Part shown: positions 9,838 to 19,800 of the stretch, in pieces
Layout: every line of letters starts with the position of its first letter
Position numbering within the stretch: the first letter of the stretch is position 1
Source: Promethearchaeia archaeon
GTDB taxonomy: Archaea; Asgardarchaeota; Lokiarchaeia; Sigyniarchaeales; SOKP01
Direction of reading: 5' to 3'
DNA: 64,000 nucleotides
Assembly (NCBI GenBank): GCA_029856125.1
Contig: JAHQWJ010000120.1
Coordinates: 243,170 to 307,169 of the forward strand
Position numbers and translations under genes: made by a program
Notes under the pieces: model-generated
Seen by the model: only the letters and a program-made list of their open reading frames with translations
Database searches by the model: none
What the model was told of the DNA's origin: nothing

Positions 9838-12800
9838 TTAAGCTTGGTATGCTTTTGCTGTGTCTCTTATGTAAACTCTAAAAACTTTTGTTTCTTTGTC
9901 GTAAAACACTGCGTCAATGTAGAGATCTTTGAAGTAAACGCTCCATATATGGTTTTGGTTTTTCGATTCAAAGTGTTCTCGATACAATGTTTTGTATCTT
10001 TCGTGTATCGATTGAAATAAATTCATTCGAGTAAACCCGCCTTGCTTTTTGAGAATAATTTCTTGTTGATTATCCCTTGGGAATGATGGTCGTAAGCGGA
10101 TTTCTTCGTCTTCGATAATCATTTCGCTTGGATTTACCAATTCGTTACGCCTTTTTTCTTGAGAATAATATGCAACCCGTAAGAGTCCGCCTTTAACGAG
10201 TTGAAATTCTATTTTATGTTGAATCTGAGCGATTAATTCTAAAATGCGACGGTTAAATGTTTTATGGTTAAATGATTTTGTGAGACCGTCAATAACGGCC
10301 CCTCTCTGAACTGGTGGTAACTTTCTCACTTTTTCTGCGAATATTCTTCGCAGTTCCTCGTCAAAATATTCGTACAGAATGTAGCAAGGTATGAGTTGAT
10401 GGTCGAAATATTTCATAAGCGTCTCGTGTCCTAAATAATTAAGTAGGTTATTCAGAAATGGCGAATTATCTCGAGTCATCATCTCTTTAAACTCTTCTAA
10501 CGGTAATAACTTGTAAAAATTGTACATTAGAAGCGGAAAAACTGTCACTATAGACGGAAACTCGAATAACTCTTTTACCTGACGCTTCATCGTTGCTTTA
10601 TATCTATCTCCCTCCAAGCTTAGCTGTTCAAGGAACCCAAAAAGTTCTTTAAGAACTGCTAAATGATTGTAACATGTTTCCCCTTCAAGTGTAATATCGT
10701 GACGGAGGTCGAATATTTCTTTTAAAAGCGAACGATCCTCGTTTAGAAGTTGTTCTGAAAACTCATCTCTACTAACTAAGTTTAACTCTTCAAGTAGGGC
10801 ATCAAAATCTGTTTTTAAATAATTCTTTTCTCGAGCGTCAACATGCGTAGTAAGTCTTTTTACTATTATAGGTTCGTATTTCTTTCCGAATTGATGCAAA
10901 AACCCGTTGCCAATTAAATACACGACAACATTCTCGATGTCGTTGTCCATCCACACCTCTAATAGCGTTTTTTTCTGTTCCCTTGTTAAATACCTAAGGT
11001 ATCTTTTTTTGAGCAAAAATTTAATCGTGCGCTCAGAGAACGTTTGAAACCTTTTCATAATCGCTAGTTGAAGTGATGCTATCGAATGGTCTATCGGCAA
11101 CTCTTCTGCATGGGGATATAATCCATTACAACTCTGCGTAAATAATTCTTTACCACTCGGTGTAAATTGCTCTTCAACGAAACGAGTGACGGAATTGATT
11201 ATATCGCTCCTTTTGGATAAATTACTATCGCTTAACATTGCCGTCAAGTTAGGTAAAAATTCCGAATCTGTATCTTTACACAATTTTTCGTAATCTACAC
11301 CCTCTAAAAATTGTGTGAAGCCGTATCGCACGAGTAATATGAAAATGTTGAAGGTAGTGAAATCGAACATATCATATAAAATCTTGCTTATCTCTCGATT
11401 TAAAGCGAACTTCAATAATTCGTAAAATTCTTTGATTTCTAATTCAATTTCGCAGTTTAAGCCTGCAACGATATTCTCCCAGGAAAATTGGGGCAACTTA
11501 AAAAAATCGCGGATTAACGCTTTTGGATTGTTGTGCGCTTTCTCTTCTAAGTCTTTTAACGAATAAACTTCCACTTTAGGGAAACCGTTGGAAAAAACTT
11601 GGTAATCATATCTTTTAAGCACGCTTTTTACTTCCAATCCGTTCTTGTCGATTTGTTCCGGTTTTTTTTTCATATAATCCCAAATATACGCGTGACCGTT
11701 GAGATCTACGACCATTAAAAGCTTATCGTTATTAATAAATCCAATTTGGGAAATTTTAGCTAAGTGCGTAAACGGTCCAAAAACAACTCCTTTTGCAAAG
11801 TTCCAGATAAACGCTTCCTTCCCGCCACCGCTTGCAAAATACTCGCCCATTGGGGTAAAGGCAAATTGGCTAAAATTACCAGCCTTTACTCGTAATTTTC
11901 TTATCTCTTTTCCATCTTCTGCGTCCCAGAAGGTAATATTAGGCGGTCCACGCCACGAAGAACCTCCAACAAGTACTTTACCGTCGGGAGAGAATGCTAA
12001 CGGTCGACCCTTTGAGTAGCTTTCGATGATAAGCGTTATTTCTCCGGTGCGATAATTCCATATTTTGACGGTTCTGTCGTACGAACTACTGGCTACGCGT
12101 ACGTTATCGGGAGAGAACGCAATTCCGCTTACGTAATCAGAATGGATTTTTACCGACGAGAGAACTTTTTTAGAAGGTAGCTCGATTACAACTATTACTC
12201 CCTTATCTTTTTCCTCTCTGGTGGAAGAAAAAGAATAAATTTTCCAAGGAGTTCCAGCCAGTAAATTTCCGGCTTCGTTAAAGCAATGAATGGAGAAATC
12301 TGAAATTTCGGTAACAAGCGTAAACGAAGTTAAATCCCATAGTTGATGTGAGGCTCTGTAGGAGCTAACAATTCCCGTAGTAAAGTAATCGCCTTTTGCA
12401 GAAGTGTAAAGACTACGCGACTCCGATTTTACCAACCAGTGCTTAATTACATCGCCTGTGAGAACATCCCAATAAAAAATTTCGTCGTTTACGAGCGTTA
12501 CCGCGAAATTACCTTTTACTTTGTTTGTAGAACAACGCGTCTTTAACCCCCCTAGCGACCCGAGGTATTTTTTTCCTCGGTAATCCCACTCACTAATTTG
12601 AGTATTCATTCCACAAAAAAGGCGTTTCATATCGGGTGTTAAGACGATATCGCGAATATAACCGCGATACTCTCCTGGTGCTGGACCAATCAACCTTTCT
12701 TCAAGCTCTAACGAATACGGATTTAAGATTGCCACGTTATACCCCTGAGCAATTGCTAACTTGCCGTTGCGAAGTACTTTCGTCCAAAATCTCCCGCCTA

Positions 12801-15339
12801 TCTCCTTAGAAAACATAATCTTCCCGGTTCGAGAGTCAATTTTTTTGGTAATTCCTTGTTCTGAACGGGTTATAAAATACTTTTTATCAGGCGTCAATTT
12901 TAGATCTGTAAGATAGTCGGACTCTCTGTATTCGTTTGGCTCATCTACTATTCCGGTGAAAACTTGGAGGACTTGTCCGGTGTTAATGTCAACAATCCCT
13001 ATATCGTCAAATTCTAAGATTCCTGCGATTTTTTCGTCTGGCAATAAGCACAACGAGCCATAATGATCGAACCCAGTTTCAATACTTTTTACGAGTTTTC
13101 CGGTTTTTAATTCCCACACCTCAACCCAATCTGGGTATTCGGAATTACCTTCTGACAATTCAGTGATAAGCAATCCGTTGGAAGTGATAAGCGCTTGGAA
13201 GCAGTGTACGATACCATCATCTTTTTTAGGCGTTTGGAACTGGTGTAGCTGTTTTCCCGTAGCAAGATCCCAAATCCGTATCGTGCTGTCCCACGCACTA
13301 CTTATGATTAAATTCTCGTAAAATGATATGCTGCTCACGGCTCCTGTGTGTCCTTTCATCGTTCTCACAAAACTATTCTCGTGGAGATCCCATAGTTTAA
13401 TGTCGTTGCAACCACTTGCGAGATATCGCCCGTCGGGGCTCACCGCTAGCGATTGTACGGGACTAATGTGCCCAAAATCGAGAGACGGCCAGAACATTTT
13501 TATTAATCCTGTTTCTTCTGGGAGCAATTCTTCGGGAAGAGTAAAGTTAATTCGGTCTTTTTCTTGGCTTGTGAATTTTTTATATGTATACATGAGAACT
13601 TCGTCTTCTAATTGTGGAGACTTTAATGCCATCGCTTTTATCTCCTTTCGAGCGCTCAAGTGCGTATCCTTACTGTGTGTATTCTCACTTTGTGTACTCT
13701 TACTTTTAGTATCCATTTTGAACAAGTCGTCTAGACTTCTCCCGCACGAAGAACAAGTAGAAGGTCGGTCAACGGTCTCTACCTTACAGAAGGGACAGGT
13801 GAAAGAGGCGCTCCAGTAAGTAGTTTTCAGCACCTCTAATTCCCTTCTTACTCGGGCGATGGCGTTTGCAGTTCCGACCTCGGGCAATTCTTTCAGTTCT
13901 TTTAGTTCTTTTACTTTTTGCGATATATCAAGCGCAAGGCCGGCGCGCTCCATGTCCAGCAACATCGCGTAAGTGGGAGATTGGTTAGCCCAAGCCATTT
14001 CGTTTTCTGGATTTAATTGCACCGCATCTTTGAAGTACTCAATCCCTTTCTTAAAGTTCCACACCTCGCCTTCAATGTATGCTAACCCGAGTAAATTTAG
14101 CGCGTCTGAGGTTAAAAATGGATCGTTGCTTAACGATACTACTTTTTTCAAACACCGTCGTTGATGCATGTATTTACCATAATCTTTATACGCCATCGCA
14201 AGCGCAAACCACGATTCGGAGTCGTCGGGCATAAGGAACAACACTTTTTTCAGTAGCGGGATAGCATAGAAGTATTTACCGATTCCACTACTAAAAAACG
14301 CAAAATCTCTCAAGAAAGGCAACTTTAAGTCGTTTTTTTCGTAATAATCAATAATGAGATTATCCCGTTTGACGAATTCTCGAGATATATGATACGCTTC
14401 TGCTAACCGTAGTTTCGCGATTGGTATTTTAGGATTAATTTCGAGAGCTTTTTCCAAATAAAGTATGGTTTTCTCAATATGATTTTGATTGAACATCGCT
14501 ATCCCTAGCCCTACCCAATAAAACGCTTTCTGCGGAACGATTTCCGTCAGAATTTTCATGTATCGGAGTGCTTCTTGAGGTTTCCCCCGCTCGTTAAGGT
14601 CTCGCACACGCGCGATTAACAGTTCTTCGTTGTCAGGGAATTGTTCCATCGCCTTCTGGAAACATTCATCCGATTGTTCGTCGCCTTTAAAAGCGCGGAG
14701 CATTTTCGCTTTGGTTTTCCATTCGTTTACGGTCTTTGCTCTGAAATTCGCAATGTATTGTATAAAAGCTTCAAGTAATTGAGGTTGTGGGTTTGCCCCC
14801 GACGACTTTAGGTCTTGAATGTTAACAGTTTTAAAGCGATCAAAAAACTTTAACGATTCAAATTGCTCAGGAGTAAGGTAGAAAAGATACCCGCCAAGTA
14901 ATAGACTCATCATTACGGGCAAGTATTCAGAATCGAACCTGCGAGCGATTTCTTCCGAAAAAACATTTTTTGCGAGTGGATCGCCAGCGTCGCAAAGCTT
15001 ACGAAGTAACGGAAAGGAGATGTTTGAATGGAGCAAACCGGTGTTGTAATCGTTTTCATACCAGACTTGGAGGTTAGAACAGTGCCCCCAGAACTCTACT
15101 TCCGGAGGAATAAGCGGAACCGTTTCCGGAAGTAACAGCGATTCGTATTCCATCGATTTGTCTAAGTTATCGGATATTTCATCGATCGAGAGTAGATTTT
15201 CTATTCTCGTCATTTTTTCGATTGGAACGTTTAAAAGTAAGTATTTACAGTTTATAAAACGCTCACCGTTTACGTATATCATGGTTTCGTTTCGTTCCAG
15301 CTTAAGGGTTAAGAAATCGTTTACTTTAAAGGTGTGCAC
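9838..15339 (-). CDS. multidomain protein: Lokiarchaeia-type N-terminal domain + TPRs + Zn ribbon + WD40 propellers + helical C-terminal region
   Basis: FKVNDFLTLKL...CKYLLLNVP...EFWGHCSNLQVW...LHSNISFPLL N-domain; TPRs at about aa 205-470; CPFC...CSSC; WD40 repeats at about aa 620-1225. Confidence 0.85.
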   Translation of the reverse strand: MHTFKVNDFLTLKLERNETMIYVNGERFINCKYLLLNVPIEKMTRIENLLSIDEISDNLDKSMEYESLLLPETVPLIPPEVEFWGHCSNLQVWYENDYNTGLLHSNISFPLLRKLCDAGDPLAKNVFSEEIARRFDSEYLPVMMSLLLGGYLFYLTPEQFESLKFFDRFKTVNIQDLKSSGANPQPQLLEAFIQYIANFRAKTVNEWKTKAKMLRAFKGDEQSDECFQKAMEQFPDNEELLIARVRDLNERGKPQEALRYMKILTEIVPQKAFYWVGLGIAMFNQNHIEKTILYLEKALEINPKIPIAKLRLAEAYHISREFVKRDNLIIDYYEKNDLKLPFLRDFAFFSSGIGKYFYAIPLLKKVLFLMPDDSESWFALAMAYKDYGKYMHQRRCLKKVVSLSNDPFLTSDALNLLGLAYIEGEVWNFKKGIEYFKDAVQLNPENEMAWANQSPTYAMLLDMERAGLALDISQKVKELKELKELPEVGTANAIARVRRELEVLKTTYWSASFTCPFCKVETVDRPSTCSSCGRSLDDLFKMDTKSKSTQSENTHSKDTHLSARKEIKAMALKSPQLEDEVLMYTYKKFTSQEKDRINFTLPEELLPEETGLIKMFWPSLDFGHISPVQSLAVSPDGRYLASGCNDIKLWDLHENSFVRTMKGHTGAVSSISFYENLIISSAWDSTIRIWDLATGKQLHQFQTPKKDDGIVHCFQALITSNGLLITELSEGNSEYPDWVEVWELKTGKLVKSIETGFDHYGSLCLLPDEKIAGILEFDDIGIVDINTGQVLQVFTGIVDEPNEYRESDYLTDLKLTPDKKYFITRSEQGITKKIDSRTGKIMFSKEIGGRFWTKVLRNGKLAIAQGYNVAILNPYSLELEERLIGPAPGEYRGYIRDIVLTPDMKRLFCGMNTQISEWDYRGKKYLGSLGGLKTRCSTNKVKGNFAVTLVNDEIFYWDVLTGDVIKHWLVKSESRSLYTSAKGDYFTTGIVSSYRASHQLWDLTSFTLVTEISDFSIHCFNEAGNLLAGTPWKIYSFSSTREEKDKGVIVVIELPSKKVLSSVKIHSDYVSGIAFSPDNVRVASSSYDRTVKIWNYRTGEITLIIESYSKGRPLAFSPDGKVLVGGSSWRGPPNITFWDAEDGKEIRKLRVKAGNFSQFAFTPMGEYFASGGGKEAFIWNFAKGVVFGPFTHLAKISQIGFINNDKLLMVVDLNGHAYIWDYMKKKPEQIDKNGLEVKSVLKRYDYQVFSNGFPKVEVYSLKDLEEKAHNNPKALIRDFFKLPQFSWENIVAGLNCEIELEIKEFYELLKFALNREISKILYDMFDFTTFNIFILLVRYGFTQFLEGVDYEKLCKDTDSEFLPNLTAMLSDSNLSKRSDIINSVTRFVEEQFTPSGKELFTQSCNGLYPHAEELPIDHSIASLQLAIMKRFQTFSERTIKFLLKKRYLRYLTREQKKTLLEVWMDNDIENVVVYLIGNGFLHQFGKKYEPIIVKRLTTHVDAREKNYLKTDFDALLEELNLVSRDEFSEQLLNEDRSLLKEIFDLRHDITLEGETCYNHLAVLKELFGFLEQLSLEGDRYKATMKRQVKELFEFPSIVTVFPLLMYNFYKLLPLEEFKEMMTRDNSPFLNNLLNYLGHETLMKYFDHQLIPCYILYEYFDEELRRIFAEKVRKLPPVQRGAVIDGLTKSFNHKTFNRRILELIAQIQHKIEFQLVKGGLLRVAYYSQEKRRNELVNPSEMIIEDEEIRLRPSFPRDNQQEIILKKQGGFTRMNLFQSIHERYKTLYREHFESKNQNHIWSVYFKDLYIDAVFYDKETKVFRVYIRDTAKAYQA

Positions 15340-15487
15340 ACTGTTTACCTGTTTTTATTGTAATTGTTTGCGTACTTTATTTTTGTCTACTATGTATTAT
15401 TTGAATTACTTTATAAAAATATGCTACTTCACAATTTTCTAATTTGTAACTGAGCTTTCAAGGAGGAATAACAAAATTTGTAATTTT

Positions 15488-15733
15488 TTAAGCATTAAAG
15501 TTCAAATAAACGATTTTTACTATTAGCACAAAATCTATTCTGATTTGCTTTTCACAAAGAATCTTTGTCTTATGACAAAGTTTGCAGAAGGGATGGTAAA
15601 TAGGCTGTATATCTCGTTCATTGCAAGCCAAGCAAATACTGGTTTCCCTATAACGCTTAATATCAATAAATACCTAATAAGAATATTTTTCAGGATCTAG
15701 TTGTTCAATATCGATGGATTCAAAATCAACCAT
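15488..15733 (-). pseudogene. small Zn-finger ORF interrupted by an in-frame TAG
   Basis: Own translation: MVDFESIDIEQLDPEKYSY*VFIDIKRYRETSICLACNERDIQPIYHPFCKLCHKTKILCEK...FNA*; AGGATGA RBS-like motif 7 nt upstream. Confidence 0.5.
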
Positions 15734-15801
15734 TTTAAAATCATCCTATTTAGTCAACATAACTAAAAATATTAGTAGATTCAATAAATAAAAATAAGAT
15801 C

Positions 15802-16434
15802 TTATTTAGGTTTATAATTGAGGGTAATTTCTGTTAAAAATGACAGGACTTCTCGGTTAACATCTTTTTTCGAAGAATTTTCTTTTTTAAAAGCCTTGTA
15901 TTCTTCCCTCGTAACTTTTTTTCTTGACATTTTTTTCTTCATTATACTATCGTTAGCCATTAATTCAATCTTTTGATTTCTTAAGTAAAAGAAGTATTCT
16001 TCAGCGACTATCCTGATTCTCCTTAAACTTTTTTCGTAGCCCTCTAATTGACTTTTATAATAATTGAAAGTAATCAAACGAGTATTGATGTCTATTTCCT
16101 TTCTTTTGAATGACTTATTCAATTCAGATATGTAATTTTTTATATTTTGGATTTGAGAATTGATTTCAAAGAAATTGTATGGCTCCCTGATTTGGGGATT
16201 GACTTTTTTAAGTTTCAGTTTTACTTCATTAGACATAAATTTTAACGCTTTAAACTGCGTGGAAGCTTCCTCTTCAGTGCTTCGCTTAACCCTTTTTTTC
16301 AGTTCCTTTAACTTTATCTTAATCTCATTTTGCTGCTTTTTTAGTTTGTATAACTCGAACAATAAATCGAGCTGGTTAAAATACTCTTCATCTGACAATA
16401 TTTCTGTGCTTGGAAAGGTTTTATTCTCAATCAT
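15802..16434 (-). CDS. Lys/Glu-rich coiled-coil hypothetical protein
   Basis: 210-aa charged helical ORF; AGGTGA RBS upstream. Confidence 0.7.
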   Translation of the reverse strand: MIENKTFPSTEILSDEEYFNQLDLLFELYKLKKQQNEIKIKLKELKKRVKRSTEEEASTQFKALKFMSNEVKLKLKKVNPQIREPYNFFEINSQIQNIKNYISELNKSFKRKEIDINTRLITFNYYKSQLEGYEKSLRRIRIVAEEYFFYLRNQKIELMANDSIMKKKMSRKKVTREEYKAFKKENSSKKDVNREVLSFLTEITLNYKPK

Positions 16435-16512
16435 AAAATCACCTACTTTTTTTCTTAATAAATTTGATGTAATTTCAGCTTATTTAAATAAAAAAAATAA
16501 AAATTTTGATGT

Positions 16513-19500
16513 TTAATCCTCCTCACTACTAAAAATATCGTTAAAAGGATTACCTTTGCCTTTATTTCCAGTATTTTTGATCTCTAATTCCACTTTCATT
16601 GGTGAATGTTTTCTTTTCCGCCTGAAAATGGCACTAATAATCCTAAAAACAATATATCCTAATACACCATAAAACACAAATGGAATTAAAAGACTTATTA
16701 TGAACACAAGAATTGTGTTTGGAGTTGGAGGATTATCGGGATCAGGTGTCGGCTCAGGGTCAGGTATGGGTTCTTCTGAAGAACTAATCGTGTGTTGGTA
16801 GAGCGATATTCCATTGGGGTGGTATTCATCGATAAGAACAATATCAAAGTAATATTTAAAATCCTTATCAGGTTCGAAATATAACGTAAAACGAGAATGG
16901 TCAAAATTATCGACTCTATCAAACAGTTGAGAATCAAAATATATATCGTTTTTGTAAATTTTTGTTTGAACTCTAGAGTTTTCAGCTGGATTGAGCCCCG
17001 ACGCAAATTCGTACGAGACATTAAATTCAAAGTTTACAGAATTGTTGTTAGTTGTAACTTTCAGACCGTTACTATGAAAATTGTAAGATGTCAGAAAACT
17101 TATAGAACACTGTCCTATTTCCTTTATGTAATCGTAAACACGAATAATTCCTTCGACTTTAGGGTAATTTAATGCCCTTTCTGGAACAAGAAAATTCACA
17201 TAATAGTTAGACTCTGTCTGTTTTTCAAGGTTTAAAACGCCTAGTTGAGGACTTTCAAAAAAAATTGATACTTGGTTTCCAAAATCCGTTAAAATTATGT
17301 TCCTAAAGGAAGCTGTAATGCTATTTACTTGCCCTAATAAAATTTCTTGATTATACTCACAATTAACTTGTAGATCGTCATTAAGAGCCATATCAACCAC
17401 TCGGAAGAAATTTGCCTGCTCGATTCGGGAAGTATTAGGATCGGAATAATATTCGTTGAACTCACTGGAGTATAGATCCTGAACAAGAGCGTTTGTATAA
17501 GAATAATTAAACACGATTTGGAGATCTAGGATTTCTGATAGCTTATAATGATAATAGAGAATTTTTAAGCTTGATGTATCAATGTTTTGGTAAATAAAAT
17601 TCCTTATTTTTTGACTGTTTAAATCGAATAATCCAAGTTCTTTTAGTAAATACGCCATATAGTAGGTATTTTCTGTCAATGACTCAATATCAGAACAATA
17701 CTGAGGGTTAAAATGGATAACTGTGTCGGATTCGTATACATTACTTTTAACATACTGATAGAGAGCTGTTTTGTTAAATGAAAGTGATTCTATATCTCCT
17801 AAATCTAGGTGATCAGCAAGGAGATTTAGTAATTTAATCGCGTAAAAACTGTTTTCAAAAGTGATATATCCTGTTTGGTATTGTTGAGGTATTGAAGTAG
17901 GAAAAGGAAGGAATGCTCCGTGAAATTCGTTCCCAATTGATTGAAATTGAGAATTTAATACGGCGTTAAGCTCTTCACGTAAATCGTATAGGACCCCAAG
18001 GTCGTTTAATTTAAAAATTCTTTTTAGGCTATTTAGTGTCATATAGGTGGTTTTGTGACTTCTTAAGAAATTTAGGTTATTTGTTTCGTTCAAATTGCCA
18101 TATTTATAGTATTCTATAGGGTAGGATCTGAATCCAATAATATTTTGATCCATACCAGTACTCGCATATATTAGAATGTGTCCTCTTAAAGGATTGAATA
18201 TACAAGCTTGTTTTATAAGTTCGTACAACCCTGATATATCTAATTCGCCAATTCTTCCTTTTTGATAAAATGAATTCACTACAGAGTTAATTGTTTCCAT
18301 AGACATATAATCGGCAGAAAGGAGCGAATAACCTCGTTCTTGTTTGTAAAAAGATAGTGAATTCGCTATTTCTTCCTTTTCTTGTTCGGTTAACTGTGAA
18401 ATTTCACCAATTTCTTTTAAACTTCGGACTATTTGGAAGGTGTCAATTAATTCATGATATTTGTACACCGTGGAACGATCCCAATTACCCAAAGTGTTTC
18501 TGTTGTTCATTACGAATTGAAGGGTTTCAGATCGACTAAAATTGGAAAACCCTGTAATATCTGACATTTCAAGCCCTATAGGTGTCGCAACTATATCTAA
18601 AGCGTTGGAGATATCGTTCACTTGAAACTTAAACTCCTGTTCGTCGTAGATCACATTGAGAAATGTGTGAAATTCGTGTGTTCTCACAGTATCAACTAAA
18701 TTTAGCATCTGTAAACTCTTTACAGCGTAATAGGAGGATATAAGATTCGGTTCGAATAATGGTGAGCCAAGAGTATCTAAGGTGAGATCGTTATCGTTAA
18801 GAAAGCTCCCAAAAAACCAATCGTATCCGTTGATAGTTTGCAATGAATTAATAAATGGCACTAATCTGTTTAGATAAAAACCATAACCCGCCCAGTCATC
18901 GATAAAGAGATTTAAAGTACTCAATGCAAAATAAGTGTTATCCAATGTAGCAACCTTAAATTCACTCACTAATCCGTCATCATAAGGTTGTCCTATAAAA
19001 CCATTCTCTTCTCCTTCAGGATTAAAACAATTCCAGATAAAATTAATATTTTCTTGTGGATCTACTAAATCCAATCTATTTAAAATATCTAAAGATAAGA
19101 CCGCATAACAATGGATTTCGAGCATTGAGCTTAAAGGATAATACATCTGAGGGAAGTTCATGTTTAGATACCGATGCGTATTCTTGTCTATAAATATGTG
19201 TAAATCCTCAGAATAGTGATCCAAGATGTAATCTATTATTTTGGTCTGATTTATATTACCTAACTTTCCGAGTGCTTCAAGAATATAAAGCCCATAGTAT
19301 GTTGCCTGTAAAGAAGGCTCATAAATCTGTGGAAAATATCCGAGATTGTCGTAATCGTTGATTTTTCTTCCGAAAATTGCTTCAATGTCATCTCCATTGT
19401 CATTAGACGAGGTATTTGGGATTATTTTTCTTATATCATCAGCATTTACCTCAATATATCCTCGCTCGATAGTATCAAACTTATTCTCAATCAATGAAAA

Positions 19501-19626
19501 GTGGGGTATCGAAAAGGTACCAATGAAAAAAACTACTATAATAATTGTTTTTACTATTTTTTGTGTAATTTTTAAATCGCTTCCTATGGGTGTAATTATT
19601 AATTTAGAAATACAATTCACCCTCAT
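16513..19626 (-). CDS. membrane-anchored surface protein with prenyltransferase/squalene-oxidase-like alpha-barrel repeats
   Basis: N-terminal hydrophobic segment; repeats PSLQATYYGLYILEALG, ATLDNTYFALSTL, PNLISSYYAVKSL, FENSFYAIKLL; PEPTPDPDNPPTP linker, then TM and basic tail. Confidence 0.7.
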   Translation of the reverse strand: MRVNCISKLIITPIGSDLKITQKIVKTIIIVVFFIGTFSIPHFSLIENKFDTIERGYIEVNADDIRKIIPNTSSNDNGDDIEAIFGRKINDYDNLGYFPQIYEPSLQATYYGLYILEALGKLGNINQTKIIDYILDHYSEDLHIFIDKNTHRYLNMNFPQMYYPLSSMLEIHCYAVLSLDILNRLDLVDPQENINFIWNCFNPEGEENGFIGQPYDDGLVSEFKVATLDNTYFALSTLNLFIDDWAGYGFYLNRLVPFINSLQTINGYDWFFGSFLNDNDLTLDTLGSPLFEPNLISSYYAVKSLQMLNLVDTVRTHEFHTFLNVIYDEQEFKFQVNDISNALDIVATPIGLEMSDITGFSNFSRSETLQFVMNNRNTLGNWDRSTVYKYHELIDTFQIVRSLKEIGEISQLTEQEKEEIANSLSFYKQERGYSLLSADYMSMETINSVVNSFYQKGRIGELDISGLYELIKQACIFNPLRGHILIYASTGMDQNIIGFRSYPIEYYKYGNLNETNNLNFLRSHKTTYMTLNSLKRIFKLNDLGVLYDLREELNAVLNSQFQSIGNEFHGAFLPFPTSIPQQYQTGYITFENSFYAIKLLNLLADHLDLGDIESLSFNKTALYQYVKSNVYESDTVIHFNPQYCSDIESLTENTYYMAYLLKELGLFDLNSQKIRNFIYQNIDTSSLKILYYHYKLSEILDLQIVFNYSYTNALVQDLYSSEFNEYYSDPNTSRIEQANFFRVVDMALNDDLQVNCEYNQEILLGQVNSITASFRNIILTDFGNQVSIFFESPQLGVLNLEKQTESNYYVNFLVPERALNYPKVEGIIRVYDYIKEIGQCSISFLTSYNFHSNGLKVTTNNNSVNFEFNVSYEFASGLNPAENSRVQTKIYKNDIYFDSQLFDRVDNFDHSRFTLYFEPDKDFKYYFDIVLIDEYHPNGISLYQHTISSSEEPIPDPEPTPDPDNPPTPNTILVFIISLLIPFVFYGVLGYIVFRIISAIFRRKRKHSPMKVELEIKNTGNKGKGNPFNDIFSSEED

Positions 19627-19800
19627 ATTTAAACAAAAAATGTGGATTATTAAAAAATTCCCGAAGTAAACTACCCAAAATCTGTTTTTGCTTCTCTATC
19701 TCATTTTTTCCTTTATAAAGAATAATTAATTAATCCCCAGTAAATCTTGATTTAACACTAAAGTCCGAGATATTATAAGTTTATTTAAAGTGATAAAAGA

